A model generated the notes under the pieces. That model saw only the letters and a list, made by a program, of their open reading frames with translations. It had not been told where the DNA came from and searched no databases. A stretch of DNA of 64,000 bases from Minisyncoccota bacterium (GTDB lineage Bacteria > Patescibacteriota > Minisyncoccia > Phycocordibacterales > SBAW01), in assembly GCA_035549255.1 (NCBI GenBank), contig DASZRD010000004.1, positions 8,667 to 72,666 on the forward strand, in the 5' to 3' direction. This document shows positions 40,966 to 49,637 of the stretch, piece by piece; position 1 is the first letter of the stretch; the number at the start of each line of letters is the position of its first letter. The translations under genes were made by a program, and so were the position numbers.

Positions 40966-42455
40966 TGCAAGCAGCACAAGAGAACGGCAACCTCAAGTGG
41001 CTCATCCTCGCGACCGTGATGGTCGGGACATTCTTGGGGCGCCTCGACCAGACGATCGTAGGGTTAGCGCTTCCCAAGATCATCAGCGACTTCTCGATCA
41101 CCGTATCCGCCGCGGGCTGGATCGCGACCGCCTATATCCTCGCGAACGCCGTCTTCGTGCCGGTGTGGGGCAAGCTTGGCGACACGATCGGGCGCAAGCG
41201 CGTGTACATCCTCGGCTTCGGCATATTCATCTTCGGTTCCGCGCTTGCCGGGTTCTCGTGGGACCTGGACTCGATGATCGTCTTCCGCGTCATCCAGGCG
41301 ATCGCGTCCTCGGCCGACTATCCCACCGCGATGGCCATCATCGCATTCACCTTTAGCGAAGGCCGCGAGCGCGCCCAGGCGCTCGGCATCTGGTCGAGCG
41401 TTTTCGCCGCATCGGCGGTCGTGGGTCCCTTGCTCGGCGGCCCCTTGATCGACCACCTCGGCTGGCGGTGGGTCTTTTTCATCAATATCCCGGTTGGGCT
41501 CGTGGGCCTTATGCTTGCGCTCGCCTTCATACCCGAGTCGACCGGTCGCAAGACAGAAAGCTTCGACTGGTGGGGCGCCATGTTCCTTGGCGGCGCGCTC
41601 TCCGCGCTGGTGCTCATCCTCGACAAGGGGCCCGACTGGGGCTGGCTCTCGGGAAGCGCGCTCATCTGCTACGCGGCGACCGTCATTTTCGGCATCATAT
41701 TCTATTTCATAGAGATCGGGCACAAGGAGCCAATCGTCGATCTTAAATTCTTCAAAAATAGCGTTTTCGTCAATACGCTCCTTAACAATTTCATTGTATT
41801 CATGGGGCTCATGGGCGCGATATTCCTCATCCCCATCTTCGCGCAAACATTCCTCGGCTACGACGCGACCCAGACCGGCTACCTCTTCATCCCGATGGCA
41901 GCAGCGCTCATGCTCGCCTCGCCTCTGGGCGGCGCGCTCACGGGGCGGGTTGAGGCGCGTGTTGTCATCATCGCCTCGACGCTGGTCGCGGCGCTGGGCC
42001 TCTTCCTCTTCGCCGTGCTCATCGACGTCCGCGCGACTGCGATCGACATTATGATCCCGCTCATGGTGATGGCGTTCGGGCTCGGCTTCGGGATGGCGCA
42101 GCGCACCAATGCGGTGGCATCGGTCGTCGACACACACGAGATGGGCAGCGCTTCGTCGGTCCTGGCGCTCGTGCGCAACATCTCGGGCGCCTTCGGCGTG
42201 GCCGTCTTCTCGACCATCCTCAACAGCGCCACCGAGAACAATGTCCTCTCAATCGCGCAAAATAGCACGCTCTACGTGCATTCGGCCGCCGCAATGCAGC
42301 AATTTATCGCGCTTATAGAATTAAAGGCGCAAGTGGATGCTTATCACACGATCTTCCTCGTCGGCATGTGGACGCTGATCGCAGGTGCCATCGCCTCGTT
42401 GTGGCTCAAAATCCCGGAGAAGAAGCTTTTGCAGCCGCTCCACGTCGACGCGTAA
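40965..42455 (+). CDS. DHA2/EmrB-family MFS efflux transporter
   Basis: LDQTIV.LALP, GKLGD.IGRKR, GP.LGG...WRWVFFINIPVG. Confidence 0.93.
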   Translation: MQAAQENGNLKWLILATVMVGTFLGRLDQTIVGLALPKIISDFSITVSAAGWIATAYILANAVFVPVWGKLGDTIGRKRVYILGFGIFIFGSALAGFSWDLDSMIVFRVIQAIASSADYPTAMAIIAFTFSEGRERAQALGIWSSVFAASAVVGPLLGGPLIDHLGWRWVFFINIPVGLVGLMLALAFIPESTGRKTESFDWWGAMFLGGALSALVLILDKGPDWGWLSGSALICYAATVIFGIIFYFIEIGHKEPIVDLKFFKNSVFVNTLLNNFIVFMGLMGAIFLIPIFAQTFLGYDATQTGYLFIPMAAALMLASPLGGALTGRVEARVVIIASTLVAALGLFLFAVLIDVRATAIDIMIPLMVMAFGLGFGMAQRTNAVASVVDTHEMGSASSVLALVRNISGAFGVAVFSTILNSATENNVLSIAQNSTLYVHSAAAMQQFIALIELKAQVDAYHTIFLVGMWTLIAGAIASLWLKIPEKKLLQPLHVDA

Positions 42456-42458
42456 TCG

Positions 42459-43187
42459 CTATCCCGCGATCTTGATCGCGGCAAAGAGCACAAGCGCGCC
42501 GAGCACGGTCACGAGCGTCGTCCATGCGGTCGGATGGCGGTGATGGCTCTCGGGTATGAGGTCGCTTGCGCCGATATACAGAAAGAAGCCGGCGAAGAGC
42601 GCGAGCAGAAGCCCGAGGTGCTCGTCGGATATGCTGAAGAGCATCGTTGCGGCAACGCCTACGACGGGTGCGAGCGCATCGACTATGAGCCAGCGCAATG
42701 CTCGTGCCCGCTCGCCCGCGTTTTTAATAATCATATTGACGGTATTGATGCCGTCGGAGAAATCGTGCGTTAAGACCGCTGCGGCAACGACCACGCCCAC
42801 CGCGGTCGAGACCTGGAACGCGAGCCCGATGCCGATGCCGTCCAGCAGGCTGTGGAACGAAAGCGCCGATGCGCCAGCAATCCCGCGCCGCGCGGTGTGC
42901 TCGTGGTGATGCGGCTCTTCGTCATGCTCATGGGTGTGGAGCAGCAGGAACCGATCGATGAGGAGATAGGTGAAGAAGCCTGCTGCAGTAACTGCAAGCA
43001 CGGTCGCGTCAGCATACTGCGCGCTCGCAAGATCGAGCGCCTCGGGCAGGAGGTCGAAGAAGGCTACGGCTACCACTGCTCCGGCGCTGAAGCCGAGTAT
43101 GAGATGGAGCTTATCGCGCAGCGAAAGCGCGAAGAGCCCGCCGAGCAAGGTGGCGATGCATGTGGCTGCGGCTATCGCGATCAGCAT
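42459..43187 (-). CDS. ZIP family metal transporter
   Basis: His-rich loop, HSLLDG, HDFSDG, SDLIPESHH. Confidence 0.92.
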   Translation of the reverse strand: MLIAIAAATCIATLLGGLFALSLRDKLHLILGFSAGAVVAVAFFDLLPEALDLASAQYADATVLAVTAAGFFTYLLIDRFLLLHTHEHDEEPHHHEHTARRGIAGASALSFHSLLDGIGIGLAFQVSTAVGVVVAAAVLTHDFSDGINTVNMIIKNAGERARALRWLIVDALAPVVGVAATMLFSISDEHLGLLLALFAGFFLYIGASDLIPESHHRHPTAWTTLVTVLGALVLFAAIKIAG

Positions 43188-43193
43188 ACGAGA

Positions 43194-44048
43194 TTATTGT
43201 CCGACTGAGGTCGTGCTCGAGGCGGTCGCCGAGACTTTGGCCGAAGCGAGCGCCTTCATGATCGTGTCCACATCTTTGCGCGCGGCCACGAGGTCCTTCT
43301 GGCCATTCGTGATCTCGTCGCGGCCGGTCTTGAGCGCCGCCGTGTTGGACGCCATGGCCGTTTTGTCACCGTTGTCAGGGGTAAGCGTCGCGGTGCCATT
43401 GATCGCAGCCTGGGCGTGGCCCTGCGCGCTCGTAAGGTGGGTGCTCATATCGTTGAGGGTCGAGATCATCGCAGTCACATCGACACCTGCCCCCTGGTCG
43501 GCCTGCACGCGCGCCTGGAGTTTGGAGCCGATGCCTGCCAGCATATTGATGATCGTCGCCTCACGATCAGCAGCAGCGGCTATCCTGGCTTGCGGCATGA
43601 CGAGCGCGAAGATGCGGTATGACTGCGTGATCGACTGAACGTCGGCCTTGAGCGTCGCGCCGTCGGTTTCCGCATCGATCTTCGATTTGAGCTGGACTAA
43701 GCCCGTGAGCTGGTTCTGAATGTTGGTAACGATATTTGTCTTGAGCTGCGCAGAGACCTTGGTCATCTGCTCTACGCGCGCATTGAGATCGGTAAGCGCC
43801 TTGGTGCGGCGGTCTATCTCGGTGTCAGCTTTGGTCTTGGCGCGAGCCACGACCGTGGCGCTGATCGTAGTCGATGCGGTCGCTTTGACGCCTGTAGTGT
43901 CGACGCTCGCATTGGCGCTGGCGCTCACTGCCGCGGTCTGCTGGAGAGCAGTGTCGATGTCGCTGTCAGCCATGGCGAAAACAGGGACGAGGAAGGCCGC
44001 CCCGAGCACGATTGCGCTGATACTGCGAAGAAGATTGGCGAGGTTCAT
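43194..44048 (-). CDS. secreted helical coiled-coil hypothetical protein
   Basis: Signal peptide; EIDRR and YRIFALVMP motifs. Confidence 0.8.
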   Translation of the reverse strand: MNLANLLRSISAIVLGAAFLVPVFAMADSDIDTALQQTAAVSASANASVDTTGVKATASTTISATVVARAKTKADTEIDRRTKALTDLNARVEQMTKVSAQLKTNIVTNIQNQLTGLVQLKSKIDAETDGATLKADVQSITQSYRIFALVMPQARIAAAADREATIINMLAGIGSKLQARVQADQGAGVDVTAMISTLNDMSTHLTSAQGHAQAAINGTATLTPDNGDKTAMASNTAALKTGRDEITNGQKDLVAARKDVDTIMKALASAKVSATASSTTSVGQ

Positions 44049-44049
44049 A

Positions 44050-44358
44050 TTAGAATTCCTGCTGGGTTGGCTGGTCATTGAGGCTGCTGTCGACGTTGGT
44101 TTGGTCGGAACCGAGGCTCTTCATTTGGGTATCGACAGCCGCGGAGTCTTGCATGATCGCCGCGTCGGAATCATCGTCCGAGGCCGTCGGCAAGTCGCTG
44201 ACTGGCTGCTGAGCCTGCTGCTGTTGAACCTGAGGCGTCGTAGTAGCCTGCTGAAGGAGCGCTGTGGCGCCGGGCAGATACGGCTTGAGGAGCCCGCTGA
44301 ACCAGAGCCCTGCGCCCGCAATAATGACTAACGCGAGACCGACAATCCATTTCATCAT
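44050..44358 (-). CDS. small membrane-anchored hypothetical protein
   Basis: N-terminal TM, acidic Gln/Asp-rich tail; coupled to the next gene. Confidence 0.75.
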   Translation of the reverse strand: MMKWIVGLALVIIAGAGLWFSGLLKPYLPGATALLQQATTTPQVQQQQAQQPVSDLPTASDDDSDAAIMQDSAAVDTQMKSLGSDQTNVDSSLNDQPTQQEF

Positions 44359-44416
44359 GATGAGAAATACACGAGAGATTACCTTAGTAAGCTGGCGCTC
44401 TCAAGTATACTCCTTT

Positions 44417-44845
44417 TCAAGAATCTTTGAGGAGCTTCTTTTCCTCTTCGGTGGGCTCGAGGTCGAGGCACACCGAGTTAAGGCAATAGCGCTTGCCGGT
44501 AGCCGTGGGCCCGTCGTCGAAGACATGCCCCAAGTGGCTGCCGCATTGCGCGCACAAGACCTCGGTACGATGCATGCCATAGGCGTTGTCGGCCTTGAAC
44601 TCGACCGCGCCCGGGAGCGCCTGGTCGAAGGACGGCCAGCCGGTGCCCGAGTCGAACTTAGCATCGGAGGAGAAGAGCGGGTTGCCGCATGCCGCGCAGC
44701 GGTAGACACCGTCACGATCCTCATGCAGGAGCTTGCCGCTGAAGGGGGCTTCGGTCCCCTTTTCGCGCAGGATCGCATATTGTTCGGCTGAGAGCTTATT
44801 TTTCCAACCGGCCTCGTCTTGAGGCATATTTTCACGCGGATTCAT
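44417..44845 (-). CDS. msrB: methionine-R-sulfoxide reductase MsrB
   Basis: GTEAPF, KFDSGTGWPSF, HLGHVFDDGP, RYCLNS. Confidence 0.97.
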   Translation of the reverse strand: MNPRENMPQDEAGWKNKLSAEQYAILREKGTEAPFSGKLLHEDRDGVYRCAACGNPLFSSDAKFDSGTGWPSFDQALPGAVEFKADNAYGMHRTEVLCAQCGSHLGHVFDDGPTATGKRYCLNSVCLDLEPTEEEKKLLKDS

Positions 44846-44894
44846 AGGATTAGTGCGCTTACTGGTAAATTGATATCTGTAAGTATACTCAAAT

Positions 44895-45566
44895 CTAGTC
44901 ATACACTACTTCAGTGATCTCGGCATGAGGATTGGGGATGACGCACAGCACCTTGCCGGCGATCTTGAAGTCCTCGCGCAGGACAATGGGCTTATACTTG
45001 GGATTCTTGGACTCTGGGTAAAGGACGGTAACGCCTTCGCGCCTCTCATAGCGCTTAACCGTCACCATGTCGCCAACGATTGCCGCCACGCGGTCGCCGT
45101 CCTGGGCCTCGCTGGTGAAGCGGATAAGCACGTAATCGCCCGGATGGATGCCCGCGTCCTCCATGCTGTCACCTACCGCGCGCACCGCCACGATGCTGCC
45201 TTCGTCGCCGCGAGGGCTTTCTGCCAGCGCCTTGTCTACTTCGAGAAATTCGTCCTGCTCCTCCTGCGCAAAGAGGGAAAGGTCGTCGCAGCCCACGTTG
45301 GCCACGACCGGCACGGAGACTGTTTCCTGAGTAGGCATGCCGTCGGCATCTGCGCCGCGCAACTCGATATTGCGGCGCGCGTGCTTGCGGCGCACGATGT
45401 AGCCCTTTTCCTCGAGCGCCTCAAGGTACTGCGTCACCGTGCGTAGGGAGCTTACCTTGAGAAGCTTCCGGAGCTCGTCGATGGTCGGCGGCTCGCGATG
45501 CTTGAGCATGTAGGCCTCGAGTGTATCGAGCACGCGCTGCTGTTTGATCGTGAGAGCCTGCTGCAT
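44895..45566 (-). CDS. lexA: LexA repressor
   Basis: wHTH (PPTIDEL...LEEKGYI) plus S24 peptidase (GDSM, TVKR, L.PES.N..Y.PI). Confidence 0.9.
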   Translation of the reverse strand: MQQALTIKQQRVLDTLEAYMLKHREPPTIDELRKLLKVSSLRTVTQYLEALEEKGYIVRRKHARRNIELRGADADGMPTQETVSVPVVANVGCDDLSLFAQEEQDEFLEVDKALAESPRGDEGSIVAVRAVGDSMEDAGIHPGDYVLIRFTSEAQDGDRVAAIVGDMVTVKRYERREGVTVLYPESKNPKYKPIVLREDFKIAGKVLCVIPNPHAEITEVVYD

Positions 45567-45572
45567 AGCATC

Positions 45573-45628
45573 ATTATATTCTGCACAAAACTAGTGTCAA
45601 ATACACAACATACACAAATTGTGGATAA
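45573..45628 (-). promoter_or_regulatory. lexA promoter with direct repeats and a DnaA box
   Basis: TTGACA-16 nt-TATAAT 6 nt before ATG; TTGTG(T/C)A three times; TTATCCACA at 45620-45628. Confidence 0.7.
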
Positions 45629-45631
45629 ATA

Positions 45632-45970
45632 CTAGCGTATGCGATTGAGCTGCGCGCGGTGGTGCTTGTAGTCGGGCATCGCTTGCCCGACCAGAGTCCA
45701 AAACCTGGGCGAATGGTTGAACTCGCCGAGGTGGCACAGCTCGTGGAGGATCACGTAATCGGCAAGCTTTACCGGCAAAAAAATGATTTTGTAATTGAAG
45801 TTGAGGTTGCGGAATTCCGAGCAGCTCCCCCAGCGGGAGCGAAGATTCTTGATGAAGACTCTGCGGTACGGGAAGCCGTAAAACCGGTTGAAATGGGCGA
45901 GCCGCGCGTGCGCCAGCGCACGCGCGGCTTCCTTGTGCTTAAGATAATGATGCCTGGTGCCGCGGCGCAT
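45632..45970 (-). CDS. DUF45/YgjP-like zinc metallopeptidase (short)
   Basis: RWGSCS, DYVILHELCHL, NHSPRFW. Confidence 0.9.
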   Translation of the reverse strand: MRRGTRHHYLKHKEAARALAHARLAHFNRFYGFPYRRVFIKNLRSRWGSCSEFRNLNFNYKIIFLPVKLADYVILHELCHLGEFNHSPRFWTLVGQAMPDYKHHRAQLNRIR

Positions 45971-46065
45971 CGAGACAGTATACCCCTTCATGCTTGCCTC
46001 AGGATGAATGCGTCATACTGCACTCATGCGTCGATTTATGTTATGAGCCTAATCTTTACAACTCT

Positions 46066-46260
46066 ATGAAAGTCTTGCTTACGTGCATGCAGTGTAGCTA
46101 CGCCGCGTGGGGTTCGACCGACGGCGACTTGATGAATAAGATCATCATGTGGAACCACGTCCGCAAGGCCCATGCACATACGGCCGAGCGCATCCTTGAG
46201 CGCTATCAAGTCGTGCCGAACGACTTCTATGACGTGCGCGCCGCGCCAACGGCGGCTTAG
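46066..46260 (+). CDS. small C2H2-like hypothetical protein
   Basis: CMQC...HVRKAH. Confidence 0.6.
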   Translation: MKVLLTCMQCSYAAWGSTDGDLMNKIIMWNHVRKAHAHTAERILERYQVVPNDFYDVRAAPTAA

Positions 46261-46988
46261 TTGGACAGATCGACTGAATTGATCACGATCGGCGTCGTGG
46301 GGCGGTCGCTGCTATCGGTAGCCGCGTTATTGATCGCTTCCACGACATCCATGCCCGCCGTCACCTTGGCGAAAACGGCGTACTTGCCGTCGAGGAAGGA
46401 GTTGTCGACCGCATTGATAAAGAATTGCGACCCGCCCGAGTTAGGTTGCCCCGTATTGGCCATGGAGACAACACCTGCGGCGTTGTGGCCGCTCATATTT
46501 TCATCCGGAATCGTATACCCCGGGCCGCCGGTGCCCCAGCGCGCCTGCTGGGAGTCGTCTTTCGTAAGCGGATCGCCGGCCTGGTCCATAAAGCCTTTGA
46601 TCACGCGGTGGAACTTCACGCCGTTGTAGTAGCCGCTCTGCGCCAGCTTCACGAAGTTGGCAACGGTCTGGGGCGCGGCATTGTCGAACTCGATCGTAAT
46701 GTCGCCCAGGCTAGTGTGAAGCGTTGCGTGCATGATGGTTTGTTGATTAGTAGTACTAACGGGTGACGAGGAATTCGCGCCGGCCGGCTGCGAGCCGCTG
46801 CTTCCTTGCTGCGGTTGGCTAGTATCGGTCGGCGCGCCAAAGTTCTGATTTGCGTCGGCGCCCTGCTCTGGCGTCGTGGTCGCATACCCCAGGCTCGGCG
46901 CGCCGTTTGGCGTATGGCCGAGGTACCACCAGGCGCCGAGCGCAAGCGCGAGGAGGATCGGAAAAATGATGAGTACTGAGCGGTCCAT
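46257..46988 (-). CDS. membrane-anchored cyclophilin-type peptidyl-prolyl isomerase
   Basis: FHRVIKGF, GTGGPGY, SMAN.G..GSQFFI, LDGKY.VF. Confidence 0.95.
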   Translation of the reverse strand: MDRSVLIIFPILLALALGAWWYLGHTPNGAPSLGYATTTPEQGADANQNFGAPTDTSQPQQGSSGSQPAGANSSSPVSTTNQQTIMHATLHTSLGDITIEFDNAAPQTVANFVKLAQSGYYNGVKFHRVIKGFMDQAGDPLTKDDSQQARWGTGGPGYTIPDENMSGHNAAGVVSMANTGQPNSGGSQFFINAVDNSFLDGKYAVFAKVTAGMDVVEAINNAATDSSDRPTTPIVINSVDLSN

Positions 46989-46990
46989 GG

Positions 46991-47278
46991 CTATATCCCC
47001 TTCACTTGCTTAGCGATCTCCGACTCGATGCGGCCCTCAAACATGCGCCAGAGCAAAGGCAGCTTGGCGTCGAGGATATACTCGCTGTCGGTGACCTCAA
47101 GCGTGCCGCTGATCGACTTGCCCTGGAGGTCAACATCGAAATTAAGTGTATCGCCCAGCCACTCCTCCTTCTTGACCGTGGCGTGCTCTATGAGCTGCGC
47201 GCGGTGCTCGGTCAAGGCAGACTTGATCTTCTCTACCGCCGCTTGGCGGGAGGTTTTGTGCGGAATGACGAGATGCAT
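46991..47278 (-). CDS. polyhydroxyalkanoic acid system (PHA_gran_rgn)-like protein
   Basis: IPH...W.GD.L.F...ISG.LEV...KLPLL...F.G.IE pattern. Confidence 0.75.
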   Translation of the reverse strand: MHLVIPHKTSRQAAVEKIKSALTEHRAQLIEHATVKKEEWLGDTLNFDVDLQGKSISGTLEVTDSEYILDAKLPLLWRMFEGRIESEIAKQVKGI

Positions 47279-47295
47279 AGATGTCTACTATACGA

Positions 47296-47772
47296 TTACT
47301 GCGCAGACCCCGAGAACACGCGCAAGGTCACGTCGCACGGGCACTGCACCGGCTCGTTCGGCTGCGTGCCCTTGAAATCGGTCGAGACCTGGGTCGCGAT
47401 AAAATCACCCCCCTTGCTATAGACCGTTATGTCGCTCCCTGGCCCGCCCGCCGCGCGCGCGATATCGACGCTCCAGCCGGCGGCAAGGAGCTTCTGTCTG
47501 TAATAATCCTCAAAAGGCTGCGAGGTCGAGGCGATGTTGGTGATATCGGTCGCCGCCTGCGAGGTAACCTCGACCCCTATCAAGTCTTCAAGCGTTGCCG
47601 AAGCGACGCTTCCCCACGCCACACCCGTATAGAGCGGATAGGCGTCTGCCGCAAGCAGCGGCGCCGAATTGTTGGTCGTGGGCGCCTGCGCCTGCTCGCC
47701 CCAGAGCCAATATATAGCCGCGGCGGCGATGACGAGCACTACGATTATGCCGATAATGGTCGATGATTTCAT
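47296..47772 (-). CDS. membrane-anchored hypothetical protein
   Basis: N-terminal TM; YY.QKL.AAGW motif. Confidence 0.8.
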   Translation of the reverse strand: MKSSTIIGIIVVLVIAAAAIYWLWGEQAQAPTTNNSAPLLAADAYPLYTGVAWGSVASATLEDLIGVEVTSQAATDITNIASTSQPFEDYYRQKLLAAGWSVDIARAAGGPGSDITVYSKGGDFIATQVSTDFKGTQPNEPVQCPCDVTLRVFSGSAQ

Positions 47773-47825
47773 AGGCTTTCGTTATATACTAAAGACGGTC
47801 AATTACCCATAGTATTTCATTATAT

Positions 47826-47993
47826 ATGAACGGCAGCAATGTTAATACGATCCTGATCGTCGTAATATTAGTCCTCCTGGTGGGCGCAGGCGTCTGGTGG
47901 TACGAGACCTACGGCCCCGGCCACGCGCAGCCGGCCCAGCAGCAAAACGGCCTCAATATCAACGTGGGCTCCTCCAACGACAGCAGCCAATAA
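47826..47993 (+). CDS. small membrane protein, 55 aa (not in ORF track)
   Basis: MNGSNVNTILIVVILVLLVGAGVWWYETYGPGHAQPAQQQNGLNINVGSSNDSSQ; terminator CAAAAGACCC/GGGTCTTTTG follows. Confidence 0.75.
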   Translation: MNGSNVNTILIVVILVLLVGAGVWWYETYGPGHAQPAQQQNGLNINVGSSNDSSQ

Positions 47994-48086
47994 CCAAAAG
48001 ACCCTGCAAGGGGTCTTTTGCTTTGTCAGCCCTTGAGGGTTCTGCTAGATTGGGTTTAGGAGAACCACTTACGAGAGGTTAGCGAC

Positions 48087-48380
48087 ATGCCTGCCAAACA
48101 AGGGTTTGAGACTGCGGACGATATGCGGGCTTGGCCGCGCGAGCACCAGGAAAGCTGGTACATCAGGTCATTTACTCGTTTTGTTATCGCCGACGACGAC
48201 AAGGGCTACATACGGGAAGGCCGCAACCTGCGCGCGCTTGAGCGGCTGTGGGGCTTTACCAAGACGGAAGCTCACGAGCTCCAGCTCAGAGCTTTAGAAG
48301 CTCTAGTCGATATGAGCCGCGAGATGGACGATGGCCTCGGCCCGGTCCCCGCAGCCGCTCCGCTCCCCACCCAACATTAG
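48087..48380 (+). CDS. hypothetical protein (orphan)
   Basis: GAGGT SD; palindromic terminator at ~48389-48423. Confidence 0.65.
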   Translation: MPAKQGFETADDMRAWPREHQESWYIRSFTRFVIADDDKGYIREGRNLRALERLWGFTKTEAHELQLRALEALVDMSREMDDGLGPVPAAAPLPTQH

Positions 48381-48475
48381 GCGACAGCGGGCTCCGCGAT
48401 CACGCGTGATCGCGGAGCTCTTTCGTATAGAAAACCCTTATTTCAGGCCTTATACTATCAGATGCCGCGGGATAC

Positions 48476-48504
48476 TTGACATATATTTAATATTGGTGTA
48501 GTAT
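48476..48504 (+). promoter_or_regulatory. consensus sigma70 promoter
   Basis: TTGACA-17 nt-TAGTAT. Confidence 0.8.
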
Positions 48505-48511
48505 AAATATC

Positions 48512-48825
48512 AGAAGATCTTTGGCTAAGCGGACACCGCGCTGAAGAAGCGCCCGCAATCTCAAAGGTAGGCCGTGCTTTGCAGGCTACCGAGACTAAGT
48601 CCAGTGCATGACGAGGCAGCCCCGCGGATGTTTTTGTCCGAGCGGTACGATCTCCATGCGGCTTAGCGCCACGACATCTTCAAAGGTTCTCAGCTTGTGG
48701 CAGGTTTTGCGCGCGAGCGCCCGCCGAAGCTGCATGTCCGCCTTTTTGCGGACGAACGACGAACCAGAGGCTCGATGCGCGAGCCTCAATCCCAGAGCCC
48801 TTCGTAATTTTGCGAGGGCTCTTTT
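48512..48825 (+). ncRNA. unassigned structured noncoding RNA candidate (~310 nt)
   Basis: Nested helices between promoter and U-tailed terminator; no credible ORF. Confidence 0.7.
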
Positions 48826-48927
48826 CATTCCATCGACGCTTGATGCTTTATTTTGCGTGGAGATTTTGCTAAAGTACAAAAGAATTTGTACTTGTGTCCT
48901 TGACAATCAATCCGAGGAGGAATTGTA

Positions 48928-49266
48928 GTGAACTTTCAGACAATGAAGTCCGATGTGCTGGCGGCGATCATGCCGGACCGGTGGAGGGATGTGACGATCA
49001 TACTCGATGCGGTAAATGACGCGTGGAAAAAGCGCGGCGAGAGGACTCTCTTCCTGCGAAGGCTGCGCACACTCAGCACAGCCACCCTGTGCGACATCCT
49101 TACCGACCTAGAGGATGAGGGCATGATAATCGTAAACGAAGGGCATGTTCCGTCTGGACTGCACGAGCATGACAACCGGTACGAGCACGCGCACATGCGG
49201 CGTATAGAGGCCGCTGCTCCCGCGGCGCGCCCGGCTAAGGGCAGGCGCACGCAGATGTACCGATAA
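48928..49266 (+). CDS. hypothetical protein, possible winged helix
   Basis: GAGGAGG SD; TATLCDILTDLEDEGMI resembles a wHTH recognition helix; terminator 49278-49315. Confidence 0.65.
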   Translation: MNFQTMKSDVLAAIMPDRWRDVTIILDAVNDAWKKRGERTLFLRRLRTLSTATLCDILTDLEDEGMIIVNEGHVPSGLHEHDNRYEHAHMRRIEAAAPAARPAKGRRTQMYR

Positions 49267-49317
49267 TCACAAGCCCCAGCGCCGCGCGGACTAGTCCGCG
49301 CGGCGCTTTCTTTTTAT

Positions 49318-49635
49318 TTACTTAAATTCCCACAGCACGTCGCGGAAGTTTACTATCTTGTCGTTCTTGTCGAGCTCGATCCCCTCTTTTTTATACAGCG
49401 CGCGGCGCTTCTTCTCGTACTCGGGGCTCATCCACACCCTGCCGTCAGCATAGACGATGCGGTGCCATGGGATTGTATGCTCGCCCTTGTCCCACGCCTT
49501 GCCGAGTATCGCGGTGATGCTTTGCGAGGCCATGGGCCCCGCGCCCGCGGCGATCGCGATGCGGCCGTAGGTGGTGACGCGCCCCGGCGGCACCGAGAGC
49601 GCAAGCTCGAGTACCTTCTCGCTGAATGTTTTCAT
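49318..49635 (-). CDS. MGMT family alkyltransferase-like (ATL) protein
   Basis: VPPGRVTTYGRIA, IPWHRIV (Trp in place of catalytic Cys). Confidence 0.9.
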   Translation of the reverse strand: MKTFSEKVLELALSVPPGRVTTYGRIAIAAGAGPMASQSITAILGKAWDKGEHTIPWHRIVYADGRVWMSPEYEKKRRALYKKEGIELDKNDKIVNFRDVLWEFK

Positions 49636-49637
49636 GG

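Noticed and set aside
45620-45628. Replication origin suggested by a perfect DnaA box
   Set aside because: Single box in a 65-bp gap; no box cluster, unwinding element or dnaA/dnaN nearby
48535-48570. Glycine-riboswitch-like words CGCTGAAG...AATCTCAAAGG
   Set aside because: Lacks the GGAGA element and CTCTCAGG core; no glycine-related gene downstream
48595-48928. ORFs 48595-48906(-) and 48608-48928(+)
   Set aside because: No start signals or family features; they run across the stems and the terminator
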